DNA of 64,000 bases from Podarcis filfolensis. Taxonomy: Eukaryota. Made by a program: the position numbers and the translations under genes. The stretch's first letter is position 1. The number at the start of each line of letters is the position of its first letter. Under the pieces are notes generated by a model, which was given only the letters and a program-made list of their open reading frames with translations, did no database searches and was not told the origin of the DNA. This document shows positions 34,225 through 47,819 of the stretch, piece by piece. Location: the NCBI GenBank assembly GCA_964270895.1, contig OZ185450.1; one strand, given 5' to 3'.

Positions 34225-37200
34225 TACATAAAACAAAAGTAGTAATTAAAAAACACTCAAACTTGCTAAATCACACGCCTGGGCTTGCCAGAGGGGAAAG
34301 CATTTAAAGCAGGTGCTGAAAACAAAATAATGAAGGCCCTGTCAGTGGCCAGGGAGTTCCAAAGTATAGATGCTGCCACACTAAAACTAAGAATTGATTT
34401 CTTGCAAGTTGGGAATGAACATTCTGTGCTCGTGGCAATTCTTCAAGCAATCTGGTCTCAAGCTGTTGGAGGCTATATCCACCACTAGTAACACTTTGAA
34501 TTTGATCCAACAACAGATCAGTGGCCAGTGCAGATCCCTGAACATGTTATATGCTGACAGGTTCTTGAGGCAGCGGCAGCAGACTATGCATTCCTTGCAG
34601 GCCAGATCTGCTGCCCCTGTGGATCCTGCGCCATCTGAGGCAGTCACCTCATCCTGCCTCATGGGTGGACCAGCCTTTTCACTTGCTTGTGGAAGAGGGA
34701 AACTGTGGAAGGAACTTTTAATGAGGACCATTTTGGAACTCATTTGGAAGGGCACATCTTAACAGTTTTACAGTTTGCATTTCCACGCTTTGCTTTGCCG
34801 CATATTTTGTGATTTTAAATCTGTGTTGGGGTTCTCTTACCAAAGAGAGCGTGCCCCAAATTTGGATTTTGGTATCCAGAAATTCTCTTACTTTTATCTT
34901 TTTCTCAAAGCAACAGTAACAAGAGCTGTGAAAGTCATATTTTCCCCAGAGGCATTATGGGAAAGGGGCACCCCTCAGTGGGGTGGCTATTTAAATTTCC
35001 CATAATGCCCTGGAACTACACTAAGGAGTCACTGTGAGATACTGAAATGGCCAGCAGCCACCAGGTTAGAGGCCTAGCTTGGATTTGTGGTGTGCCAGTT
35101 AATAAAAAGCAAGGGTTGTATGTCTGTAGCCATGGCTTGGCCCAGAGGAGACAACAGCTCCTTTCCCTTCTCCAGTGCCCTGAAGGGGGATATTTTGTTC
35201 CCTGAGCTTTAGTCAGATTCTGCCTCTGTTCACACACTCCATTGTGGAGCCTCTGCTTTTATTTGACTAGCTAACAGGATTCTTCCCCTCCCTTTTGAAT
35301 GGCCTTTGGTTGGGTATTGACAAGATGTCAAAACCTTCTTGTCCTTTATTTGTGCCAGTGAAAAGAGGAATTACCAGGAGTATTTATCTAATAAAATATC
35401 TTTCACCAGGGGACCGTTCCATTGTATTTGCAAAGCAGGCCTCAAGGTCCTAATCAGCTTTTACACATACCTTGTTGAAAAAGATACATAGAAAAAGGAT
35501 GTATAACCTTGAGACTTTAACAAAGGAGACTTAAGTTCTGTGAGGGTGCAGCTGTTCAGCCATCAGCCTGTTGGCAGAAGGACCACTTAGGGCATTTGGC
35601 CTTGTGGCTTAAGAAACAAGATGGCGTCCTCTGGATGTCAGCTTCTTCCACACTGAACAGAAGAAACGGAAAATAAGAGTTACCACCCAATTTCTATTTT
35701 TTAATGCTTTTATGCAGTTGTGCATTTATAGCAAAAAGCACTACAGTCCACCTCCCGCCACTCACCCCACTGAGGAAGAACCCATGTATTTTACAAATTA
35801 GGTTGCGCTACAGTTGTCCATGTGGAGATGGAGCCTGCTACCTTGATGCATTACCAGGCAGGAAAATAATAAAAGGACACCATATTTCCATAAAATTGTT
35901 AAGAGTCTTGAGTTTGACTAAAATTAGAGCAGTATTGCCAGGTTGGAATTTACCAGAACTTGATGTGGCATCATTAGGTACAGTGAAGACTGGTGACCCC
36001 TGGACCTGGTGGGGTGTCCAAGGGGGCTACTGGAGATGGACCAGTTTGTTCTGGTTCTCTTCCCATCCTCTTCTCTTGTAACGATACTGAGAACACTAAA
36101 GCAATGCAGTTGTACAGTATGTTAGTTGTATCTAGCCGAACCCTGAGAGGGATCCAACACTCCTACCTCCAGAGACAAGGGTGAAGAGCGGGACCTGTTA
36201 GTCATAGCAAACTGCATGATTGACTGTACTGTCCAAAGCTGTGATTAGTCACAGAGGAAATGGACAGAAAAGACTCCAGAGAATCTCTGAAGGATAGGAA
36301 ATTACTAACATGACCGTGGGGAACACAGAAGTACTGGGATGCAGCGCTGGCTTTTGGAGGTACAGGAAAAATACTGGTAGGGCTCTGTCACATCAGGTGT
36401 CTTCTAAAATTCAGATAGTTGTTTATTTCCTTGACATCTGATGGGAGGAAGTTCCACAGGGAGGGCGCCACTACCTAGAAGGACCTCTGCCTGATTCCCT
36501 TTAACCTCACTTCTTGCAGGGAGGGAACCGCCAGAAGGCCCTCAGCGCTGGACCTCAGTGTCTGGGCTGAGTGATGAGGGTGGAGACACTCCATTTAGGG
36601 CTTTAAAGGTCAACACCAACACTTTGAACTGGGAGCTTTCCCTGGTGAGGTAATTTTAGATTCTGGACTTAATGGTCTTACATAGCTCCCTCTTTGGCTG
36701 CTAAGGTGTATTACTTCCCTTTCCTCAAAATGTGGGAAGCCAGTCCAGCTGCTTTGGGGAGCCCTCCTGCTCATTCTGGGGTGTTCCAAGGGCCAGACAG
36801 AGAGGCCAGGGACTGCCTTTGGCCTCTGTGCCTGCTGTAAGCCCCTCTGCCACCACAGGCCATCTCTGCTCCCAGTGTTTCTGAATTTACCCTGAAAGGA
36901 AAACTGGGCAGGGTGGTGGTGGGGAAGTCATGGTTCAACCATATGAAAGAAAGTATCAGAAGGCCTGACCTGATCCTGTGCCTTTAACTCAGGGTGGTCA
37001 GACCCTACTTCCTTTACCACAGGACCTGCTTTCATTCTTCTTCTTCTTTCATTAATAAATTGCTTCTTATGAAGCATCATGATTTCATAATACAATAAAA
37101 ACATACATAAAACAACTGAACATGTAAAAGCAGTTAAAGACTGTTTTAAAACAATTACTTTTATAAAATGTTTCATATCCAATACAGAGATCAAATGGGA

Positions 37201-37451
37201 TAAAATTCCCTGCTTAGAATGCTTTTCTTGAAAGAGGAAAGTCTTCAACAGACACTGGAAATACAACAGAGATGCCGCCTGTCTGATATGTAGCAAGAGC
37301 AGGGATGGGAAAAAATCTGTCAATTTCAATTCTCTCATTTTCCCAATCTTAAATTCAGGTTTCCACATTTTTTAATTCTCATGAAAAATCATCAGCATTT
37401 TTGTGCTGGTGGGTAGTAAAATGAACACATTTTCTTATGCAGTTTTGAGTA

Positions 37452-37656
37452 ATGTACACATTTTTACCACGACTGAGCGAGCCAGTTGCGCCAGACCAAA
37501 CAGCCCTATCACAGCCAGCATCCTTGGAACACGAGCCAGAACCTGAACCCCGGACCAGGGAACACCCCAGGCCGCAACGCACACGTAGGCCGCCGGCGTA
37601 CCTTGAGGACTATGAATGTGACCTCCCGGGCAGGACTGGAACTTAGAGGGGAGGGG
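37452..37656 (+). mobile_element. Gypsy/Ty3 internal 3' tail (pol end) plus polypurine tract
   Basis: Frame ends ...HPRPQRTRRPPAYLEDYECDLPGRTGT-stop, a typical Gypsy pol terminal motif. PPT agaggggagggg at 37645-37656 abuts the LTR. Confidence 0.8.
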
Positions 37657-38033
37657 TGTTATGTACTGAGTTGAATAGGATCCAAACTGCAGCAGTCTGA
37701 TTGGTCCTAGAACAATAGGATCCAAAAGGCAGCAGTCTGATTGGTCCTAGAACAATAGGATTCAGAAGGCAGCAGTCTGATTGGTCCTAGAACAATGTAG
37801 CAGTATGATTGGTTGGCAGGAACCACCCAATCATGCTCCAGATAGAAGTGAATCCACAACCTGATTGGCTTACAGTAGAATTCCGGAATTAGCCAATCAT
37901 GTGCAGCCCATTGTGTAAATAATGTATATAAAGCAGATACTTTGAGGGGACATTCATTCATTCCTCCTCACCACTATGAGCTGAATAAAGAGCATGAAAT
38001 CACTTTGCGACTCTGAGTATATTTCACATAACA
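37657..38033 (+). mobile_element. Gypsy-type 3' LTR (377 bp)
   Basis: Perfect 7-bp terminal IR TGTTATG...CATAACA, three 40-bp tandem units (37674-37793) each with an inverted CCAAT, TATATAAA at 37925-37932, AATAAA at 37984-37989. Confidence 0.9.
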
Positions 38034-38493
38034 TATGCAATTTTGTAAACATTGGTTGAAGCACTGCATCACAAAATTTGAAGAACGCGAATTTCAAAGA
38101 ATGGCTGTCTCTTGGTTCACATATTGTTTATATTGCATAGATATATTGTGTAGATAGGTAGGAAATGTCACTTGTGTCACTTGTGAATTTGTTCATAAAT
38201 CAATTCCATCATTTTTCTGCATTAATTCTTCTTACTTGTTTTTAACTTGCCTCTCTTGAAGGAGGCCAGGGCAGCAAATCTGCAGAAGTAAATCAGGGAA
38301 ATTGCAGAAATATGTGTATATCATAGAATTATAAAATTGTAGAGTTTGAAGGCACCCCTGAGGGCCACCTAGTCCAACGCCTGCAATGCAGAAACCTTTC
38401 CTGCAGCCATCCCTTGGTGGGCTCAAATCCCCAGCCTTCTGGCGAGACATGCTGATTCATTGTTCCACATTTAGCACAAACTATTTAAATACT

Positions 38494-38875
38494 GATCACC
38501 AAAGAATTGATGCTTTTGAATTCTGGTGCTGGAGGAGACTCTTGAGAGTCCCATGGACTGCAAGAAGATCAAACCTCTCCATTCTGAAGGAAATCAGCCC
38601 TGAGTGCTCCCTGGAAGGACAGATCCTGAAGCTGAGGCTCCAGTACTTTGGCCACCTCATAAGAAGAGAAGACTCCCTGGAAAAGACCCTGATGTTGGGA
38701 AAGATGGAGGGCACAAGGAGAAGGGGACGACAGAGGAAAAGATGGTGGGGGGACAGTGTTCTTGAAGCTACGGACATGAGTTTGACCAAACTGCAGGAGG
38801 CAGTGGAAGACAGGAGTGCGTGGCGTGCTCTGGTCCATGGAGTCACGAAGAGTCGGACACAACTAAACAACAAAA
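38494..38875 (+). mobile_element. RTE-BovB LINE, 5'-truncated
   Basis: RIDAFEFWCWRRLLRVPWTARRSNLSILKEISPECSLEG..., (CAA) tail, perfect 11-bp TSD atttaaatact (38483-38493 and 38876-38886). Confidence 0.94.
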
Positions 38876-41382
38876 ATTTAAATACTTATTGTACCTCAAA
38901 GTATAATATGAAAATGAGTGCTAAATTTGTGCAATGTTCCACTATAGTTCTGGAAGTGGGTTTTTATTTGTGTGAAAGCTCAAGTATAATGTGGGAATTA
39001 TCAGTTAGGAAATGTCATGAAAATGCAATAAACCGTTGTGTGAATACAGCCCAGGACAGTTCCGATCAGGATCCACAGAAATTGTATTTCTCAAGCATGC
39101 CTATATCAGACACACAGGAATAAGTGCAAAATAGCTGATAAGAATAAACCCATTGTCTTTGTTTTCACACAGTAGAGCAAAATCTGGTTTACGTACAGTG
39201 CCTTTGTCCAGATTGCCCCACTAGTTTCCCATTTTCTTCCTAGCAGAAATCTGAATGGACTTTGTGGACAAATAAATATATTGTAATTCTTTTCCTTTTT
39301 CATTTGCAGAACAAAGCCACAGGTGTGGCTAAAAAAAAAGCTCCCCTATACTTTATGCAGTATCTTGTCATCCAAAGTAAACACGGACTTTAATGACATT
39401 GTCAGGGAAGAGAGGTGAGATATTTGCCTCTGAAGCAGCAATAATATTTGATTGAGAAACAAAGCATCAAGTAAACGAGATAATAATCGCATGCGGTGAA
39501 CAAATACTGCCCAGATCCTGGATTAAAGGACGTGACAAAAGTCGTCCAATTCCAACTGATAGAACTTTGGCAGCCAGAGCTGGACACAAAATTGGAGGAA
39601 GGTGGGGGACTTTTCGGAAACCAGTACAGCATGTAGTTATTTGATCTGTCATGAGATGGTGACAGGCATTTTGCACAACAATCCAGAGGATAATTCTCTT
39701 GCACAAATCTCGTTTCAATTCAAAGCAAACCACAAACCAGATTATTCTTCATTCTCCTGCACAGATCTCCACCATTCATTCATTGAACAACATCCATGCA
39801 AGAAAATGGTGACAATCTAGTTTCTGTTTTGCTCTGGATTTGTACCTAATACTTAGGTGCTAAGTAGTTGTAAAACTGCAATGCTTAAGTGTCTGCAGTA
39901 TCTTTCCAAACAGGCGCACCACCTTGACCCCGCGACACTGGGTGCCCAGGGCATGCTGACGTCACCACAGCATGCGCATGTGATGTTGGCACACCCTGCA
40001 GCGTGTGCATGCCATGGCTTAGGACTTGAACATGTGTGGGTTCCCACAGCCCCACGTAGATGGTGCCTATGTTTTCAAGGGAGAAGGATGGGAAGAAAAC
40101 CAGAACAACTTGGCCCTGACCCCATGGCTTCATTGGCCATGCCTCTGGGACCTCCTAGCAGCCCCACAAGGTCCATTGGGCACCAGCCAACACTGGGTTG
40201 AACCAAAACTACGCTGGCTATTTTAGCCTCCAAAATGCACTGCAGGGGAGAAATGGGCAGGGCCACCAAGGTAAGCTTCCCCCACAGGGCTCTCCTGAAT
40301 CCTGGGAAGGTCCAACATTGCAGGAGGGGTGACTCACTTTACCAAGGCCTCTCAGTACCAAAGCTTGTTCTCTTGATAGATGACATGGATTCTCACATAG
40401 CATATTAAGGCTGGATCTACACTGATCTGTAAAAATGCTTTAAAAAGTAATATAGCTCTCAATGCAATTTTCTATTGACTGCTGTACAGCGCCCTCTGAT
40501 GTCACATTTTTATAACACATTTTTAATGTTTTATCTGAGCAGTGTAGATTAGTCCTAAATGACTTTCATTTAACAGTCAGCTGATCCAGGGTTAAGGGAA
40601 ACCCCTTTAAAAGTCTTGGCAGACGAGAAACAAGCTACTTGCTCCTGCTACTTGCTCCTAGGCTATTCTCGAAGAATTCCTTAGTGCAGCCAATCTCAGC
40701 TAATTGTCAGGTTTTTGGCTCCATGGTGCTCTCTCCAATCACCAACAATCTGCTGAAAGTGGGGGCTGTGCCTGCAACCCCCCTTTTGACCCAGTCTTGA
40801 CTTTGCCTGTCCCACACATGAGCTTGGCCAAAATAGCCTGGTGAGCCAAATGGGGAAGCCTGGAGGGGCTAATTAGGCATGTGGGCTGTGGGTTGTGGGT
40901 CCCCACCCCTGATTTAACCCAGTCTTCCCCAGCCTCATGCCCTATGGATATTCCCCAGCCCACATGGCCAAGGCTAATGGGACACCTGCTTGGGAAAGGT
41001 GAATTTAATAGCTTAAGCAAACAAATGATGGATTCCAGGGTGTGTTAAAAGAACTGGTGCTCACATAACAGGTAAACTTTGTGGCGTATTCATCCAGAAA
41101 AAAATATATCCCCAAGGATATTAAAACAACCCTTTTACAGGAACATTGAAAACATTGTTTTAAAAACTAAGCTCTTCTATTGTGTGTGCTCTTCAGAATC
41201 CCTTTGTTAGACCAAGAGGTTATATTGTAAGCTATGTCACCTTTATGGGGCAGGGAAGCTACAGGTGATTCAATATTGTTACAAACCACCCCAATCTACG
41301 CCTTGGGGTAGCAAGAGATCCCAGGGTTCTAGGCACGTAACCAGGGTTGTGTTTCTGTTGGAAAATGAAAACACAGTGGAGA

Positions 41383-41424
<42 letters not shown>

Positions 41425-43310
41425 GTTGTTGTTTTTAAAAAAGGTTTATTGTACATGTATTTTCAACCTGGGTTTTGATGCAGAGAGTTCACAGCATTAA
41501 AGGCGTCTCTCCATTTACACGTGACCTTGTAAATAATTAAATACTTCAATTCAAACCCAGAAATGGCAGGAAAGAGCTGGAGAGTCCCTGTGGTTCATGA
41601 GGAAGAAGAGAAGAGTTTGGATTTGATATCTGCTTTATCACTACCCTAAGGAGTCCCTGAGCCCGAAAAGGATGTCGCTGAGGATGGTGGAAGCCCCAAA
41701 GAGACCAGTGGCGCAGTGGGGCTTTGGTTACGCTGCTCAGTCTCCCCGCCTAACAGCTGATGTGTGGGGTCGTGCAGCAGCAGCAGCAGCAGCAGCAGCA
41801 GATGCTTTACCACACATCCTCCAGCCTCCTGCCAGTGCCAGAGCTTCAATTCTAGTTGTGGATATTTTTGGATACAGTAATTTTTGTATGGATTGAAGAG
41901 ATCGTGGCAGAAAGGGCATTTAAAGGGTGCTTAGAGGGGGCTCCCCATTTGATGCAATTTCACTTGTGTGCAGGGTCCCAGAACGTAACCCTTGCATATG
42001 GGGGGGTGCCTATATGTAAAACTTGAAATTTAGTCATTTTCTTGTATTTAGAAGCCCCATTTAGAAGCCCCAAACTGTAGCTTGCTTAATTTGTGCATAA
42101 ATTTGGGGCTGCAGCTTGGATCCTGTATTAAATGCGCAAACACTTTCCTGTATATGTGCAGTGCTCCAGCTTCATGGAGATGCATTTCTGAGCAGGTGGT
42201 GGGCAGAACATGCTCAGAGGTCACCTTTAAGGACAGGGAACTGAATTATTTGAGGACAGGGGACAGGCATTCCTTCTCTCTGACAGCTGACGTGGACTGC
42301 CAGCACCCATAGTATCAGTCATCGTTTTCACATGGAATATTATCATAAGCAAGGGAACAAAACAAATGAAGTCAATGTGTTGCCCTCCAGATGGATTGGA
42401 CTACACTTCCCCTGACCATTAGTCATGCTTGCTGGGGCTGATAGGAGTTGTAGGGCCCCATCTTGGTTTTCGCTAAAATGGAGCTTGAATAGGGATTGGG
42501 CCAGAGATTGCTTCTCACTTTGCCAGTTCCAGACTTTGGGAAGCATTTTATAAGTGGACTTCTTTGCTGGCCCTCTAACATACACACATGCATGCCAGCT
42601 AAAAAGGTGCCCTGGGATTGTGATGTCCTGCAATCTGGATTAGCCTGGTTTGCTTGACTGATGTGTTTACCTACAGGAGATGGAGCAATAACGTGTTTCT
42701 TATGCTTGATAAAATGTCCTGAATAAGTTTATATTTTGGATTTCATCATCGAATAAATATTTAAACACCCCCTTCCCTCTTTGTCATAAGTGTGTGTGCT
42801 TTTCTGAAAGGTGAGAGATGTATGAGAACACAGTAAGAGCTACTGATCTGAAAATCTTAGGGGTGAGTAGTTGTGTGTGTCTTTTTTATCTGAATGTGTA
42901 ATCTTCATTATGCGTAGATGTATTGTAAATCTGTTCTGGCACAGCACTTAGAAGGTTAGTCTACTGTTTACCAACTCAGGGACAAACTAGGCACGATTTG
43001 AGGTGGCCCAACCCGGGGAAGCTGCTAAATCTGCAGCACCCATGGCATATTGGGGGGGTGCATTTTCAGTGCAAAGGCCACATTCCCTTCTGGCAGCCTT
43101 CAAAGGGCCACATGCCAGCAGGAGGCGGGGCAAGAGGCAAAAATGGGCAGAAAAGGGAATGCAAGCCAGATGGTCAGCAGCCCCAGACCTCTCCCTCGTG
43201 ACCTGCACAGGTAAGAGCTCCACCATATTGTGCAAGTAGCTGGCACTGCCATGCGCTATTCACTCTGCCCCTGCAACCCAACTCAAGAGCGCCGTGGGGT
43301 GATAAAAAAA

Positions 43311-43608
43311 GTAATGGACCCCTGAAAGTTAAGTCCAGTCGCGGACGACTGGGGTTACAGCGCTCATCTCGCTTTACTGGCTGAGGGAGCCGATGTTTGT
43401 CCGCGGACAGTTTTTCCAGGTCATGACTAAGCCGCTTCTGGCAAAACCAGAGCAGTGCATGGAAACGCAGTTTACCATCCTGCCAGAGTGTTACCTATTT
43501 ATCTACTTGCACTTTGACATGCTTTCGAACTGCTAGGTTGGCAGGAGGAGGGACTGAGCAACGGGAGCTCACCACGTCGTGGGAAATCGAACTGCTGACC
43601 TTCTGATC
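43311..43608 (-). mobile_element. Sauria SINE, 5'-truncated
   Basis: Reverse-complement homology to the full copy at 56904-57261 (aggtaccgct, gtgcaagtagataaatagg and ctgccaacctagcagttcgaaagca cores). Confidence 0.85.
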
Positions 43609-44783
43609 ATGACAGGCATATTGAAAGAGTACGTGCCAAAGCCAAACCATATGAATCACAGTTCCAGCAAGTGTAAGAAATGGTACTTTCCCTGCAATGA
43701 CATGTCCAAAGATATCAAGGCGTTTCTTGGCTCTGGACAAGGCAGCCCCAAGGCAGCTTTCACCAGCTTGGTGCCCACCAGCCATTTTGGACTCTTGCTG
43801 CCATTAGCACAAGGCAGCCTGCTTTGGGGGAAGCAGGGGAGGCTGGTCCATTAGGGCAAATGAGACACGTCTGCGGCCGCCCCCTGCAGGCTTTCTTACC
43901 TATAAGCAGCACAGTGAGTGGCCCTGCCTATCAGCTTCCTTCTCCTCAGTCTGAGTTTTGTGCTTATAGAACCTTGTCCGCTGGAGGATGGAGTATACAA
44001 ATTTAATACATAATAATAAAAGAAATAAATAAGGCCAGTGCTTCCATGAGAGAAGATGAAGCAATGTGCTTCAGGTGACGGATTCAACCCCCATCCCTGC
44101 CTTACACCACTGCCAGCCTCGCCATGGGTGCAGCTGCGGTGGCAAGGTTGGTGGCACTGCAGGCATGACAGCAAAGACAGGGAGGGGCCCCAGATCGGCG
44201 GGTGGGGTGGTGGGGTGTTGCTTTGCCTACCGCAGCAAAACATCCTGGGCTGCCCCAGGGATAAACCTATGATCCATACCACACATTGAAAGCACATTCA
44301 ATGTACATGACTCCCCACAAAGAATCCCGAGAACTGCAATTTCCCCCTCACAGAGCTACAGTTTCCAGAATTGTTGTGGGAGGGAGTCATGTGTTTTAAA
44401 TATGTATCAAATGTGCTTTCAATGTAGGGTGTGGATCTGCCCTACGTTGTCTTGGCCTGCTGCCCTATTGGGCACCAGTCACCAACTCTGGGGATAGTAA
44501 ATATCAAAATGTTCTTCCCCTGGAACACACTGGGGGGGGTCCCCAACCCAGCTGCTGGTCCATCTCTGTGCCTCTTCACCAAGAGAAGCAACTCTGACAT
44601 CAAAATATTCACAAAGGTAAAGCAAGAGCCCCTGGAACTTGGACTCGTTAGTGATGCCCAGCTAGCATGTCTCTATGGTTTGGTCACAAACCACAAAGAC
44701 AACCGTTTATTGTTGACTTGGTGCTGCTCATGCAGGCAATCTTTGCATAGCATCTACAACTCTTCCTCATGAAAAAGCCATCT

Positions 44784-45498
44784 TAACCCAAACTGAAATC
44801 AATGGAAAATGTAAGGAGCCATGTTATAGATTGGTTACAATGCCATCAGTTACATGAAATGTTTAAATTAGATAGAATAGTTTTTTGAACCAAAGCTCAC
44901 AATTCGAAAAAGAACTTCTACAAAACAAAGAGAAACTTTTGTCTAAAATGTATAATCAGTTATTAGAATGGGAAACAAAAGACGAGCTTGTTAAAGCCTC
45001 AATGACACACTGGGCAATAGATAGAGGACACAATATAGATTTTGGGGAAAACCCTGGAAAACTGACTTGAATTTTACAGCATGTTATTCTTTGAAGGAGA
45101 ACTATCTGAAAATGATTCACAGATGGTATTTAACTCTGAGCAGGCTTGCTAAGATCTACAAGACAGAATCAGATAAGTTGACAGAATATGCACAACTTGC
45201 AGACTTAACATATAGAATAAGAAAACAAGAAGAACATATGTTTATAGAAGATTGGAAAACATTTATTGAATATATGAAAAATAATTGTGTAGAGCTGAAA
45301 ACACTGGCAGCATTAAGATAAATTCAACAGTGTAAATAAGTTTTGATGGATGCAATAATGGAATACTGATTGGTATAGTTTTTGCAGGGATTTATGATAT
45401 GTAAAATGAACCATGGAAAGAAAAGAAGGGAAGTCATTGAAATATTAAGGATGTAAAATGAGTATTTAAAATTGTAAAACAGAAAATTTAATTTATAA

Positions 45499-45548
<50 letters not shown>

Positions 45549-45549
45549 T
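44784..45549 (+). mobile_element. 5'-truncated L1-clade LINE with internal deletion; (TG)n at the tail
   Basis: Frames LLSKMYNQLLEWETKDELVK and SLKENYLKMIHRWYLTLSRLAKIYKTESDK|LTEYAQLA are homologous to the 46929 element. Possible 7-bp TSD gccatct (44777-44783 and 45550-45556). Confidence 0.8.
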
Positions 45550-46928
45550 GCCATCTCATTTTATTTCCCCACTTAATCCAGATTTACCATTTCCCTGGAA
45601 AATCAAGTAAGCTTTTAAAAAAATGGGTGGCATTTTGATGGCATGCAAGTGCTGTAAAAAACTTGCTGGCATAGGGAGCACAAAGTACCCAATGAAATGC
45701 CATGTAGAAGTAGCCACAGTCTCGCATCTGTATCCCCAAAGGAGCGTTTCCACCCGCATGGTTCAGCTGAGATCCAGCTCCAAGAGCCTTTTGGCAAAAA
45801 GTGAGGTTACGGGGGACCAGGTGGAGGGCCTCCTCGGCAGTGGCGCCTGCCCGGTAGAACGTCCTCCCATCAGATGCCAAACAGATAACCAACTATACAA
45901 CTTTCCAAAGGCATCTGAAGGCAGCCCTGTCTCGGGAAGTTTCTAATGTTTGATGTTTTGTTCCTTTATATTTTGTTGAAAGCCACCCAGAGTGGCTGGA
46001 GTAACATAGTCAGATGGGTGGGGTGCAAGTAATAAATCACCACCACCACCTTGGCCTTTCAGCAAGCACCGAAACAAAAGTACAAGAAATGTTCACTGCC
46101 AATCTAAAGCCCAATTTGTTTCTAATGAGACAACTCTATGGGGGAGAAGAGAACTAAAATTGGGAGCAACAGTGTTTTCCAGATTTCAGTAATGCAGTGA
46201 ATATTTAAAAATTCTCTCAATTCTGGCATATCTATGCTGCAAATTTAAACCAATTTGAAACATGTTTATCTGTGTTTCTTTCAAAGAACCACAGGAATTG
46301 CAGTTTGTGAAGGGTACTGAGATGTCTGTGGTAGAGATCCCCAAATTCCTTCCTGTGATTTCCTGCTTCAGAGCTGCTTCAGTGCCCCTTCAACTATGCT
46401 ATCTGGGAAGCTTACAGTTCAACATGTCATATGGAGGTTAGGGATGGTGGTGAAATTTGGTTTTGTCTGCATTTCATTGTGAACCTGCTTCATTTCTACT
46501 TCTTGAAGCAGTAGAAATGTACCACAGAGGGCTTTTACAAACCATTGATCCAATCCAATAAGATAACCACACCATCAAATTCCCATACGGCTTGCCTGCC
46601 AAGGTACAATTAGTTAATACTGTTGTATCTGTATATACCAGTAGCATTAATGTGGTATACTCATTTATCATATTCTCTTTGCTGCAGCTTATCCTTAATC
46701 TTTGTAAATACAAATCTGTATCAACAGGAGATCTTCAGAGACAGTGTCCCCAGTGTGTACTCTCAGAATCACTATAAAAACAGTGTGAGGAGATCAGCCA
46801 AATGCAGAGAGTGCTTAAGCAGTAAGGCAGAAATTGGCTAGAAAAAGGCAATTGTCTTGCAGTAATTGCTCACATGCTGTACTGTAACTTTTTGTACTTT
46901 TATTTTGCAGTCAGTAGAATCATGTGGA

Positions 46929-47819
46929 CATAACATAGAGTTTGATAAATGGAAGGCATTATGGAATAAAGGCATGAGATTCTCAGCATGCACAACACTC
47001 AGGGAAAATATGTATAAAATGATGTACAGGTGGTATGTAACGCCCGTAAAATTGGAAAAAATATATAAAACTGGTGATAAATTATGTTGGAAGTGCAAGA
47101 TCAAGGAGGGCGATTTCTATCATATGTGGTGGTTGTGTGAGCCTATCAAAAAATTCTGGGAATCTATTTACAATGAATTTAAAAAAATCCTCAAATATAC
47201 CTTTATAAAAAAACCCGAAGCCTTTCTGCTGGGGATAATTGGGGAGGAAATCAAAAAGGAAGACCACACACTCTTTCAGTATGCGACAGTGGCTGCCAGA
47301 ACTCTAATAGCGCAGAATTGGAAGACATCAAAAATCCCAACTATAAACGAATGGCAAACCAAACTATTTGATTATTTAGAACTGGCAAAAATGACACAGA
47401 AAATAAGAAATCAAAAAGACATAAAGTTTAATAAAGAATGGAATAAATTTATGACATATATGGAAACAGAGGTAAAAAATCTAAAAATCACAGTAGGTAT
47501 GACGTAACACTTGTGACGTAAAGAGTCTTTTGAGGAAAAGAAACTGCAGATAAAAAATCATATAATATATTCTGAAACCGAGATGAAGGGAAGTCAATTA
47601 ATGTTGTGTGTTATTTAGTTATTTAGTTAATGTAAGTTAATTAGTTGGTGTTTTATGTTAGGAGATGTTTTTTCTTTTGTTTTTTTTATTATTATTTCTT
47701 TTATTTATGTACTCCTTTTTTGTATGTATGTGTTATGTATGTTTATTTTTTCACCTGTTTTAATGTTGGATGTAGCAAAATGAATTAAAATCAATAAAAA
47801 AAAGAAAAAAGAAAAAAAA
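46929..47819 (+). mobile_element. Young 5'-truncated L1-clade LINE (ORF2 C-terminus with zinc knuckle, 3'UTR, polyA)
   Basis: Stop-free frame to 47507 with CWKC...GDFYHMWWLC, AATAAA at 47793-47798, A-tail, perfect 13-bp TSD agaatcatgtgga (46916-46928 and 47820-47832). Confidence 0.93.

Noticed and set aside
35617-35628. YY1-like motif CAAGATGGCG
   Set aside because: Isolated motif with no CpG island, ORF or element boundary to give it meaning.
37674-37793. Regularly spaced 40-bp repeats as a CRISPR-like array
   Set aside because: Head-to-tail tandem with no unique spacers, inside a eukaryotic LTR.
38386-39123. 245-aa ORF, the longest in the window
   Set aside because: The core is the BovB ORF2 tail flanked by CR1-derived and chance-open sequence; not a host gene.
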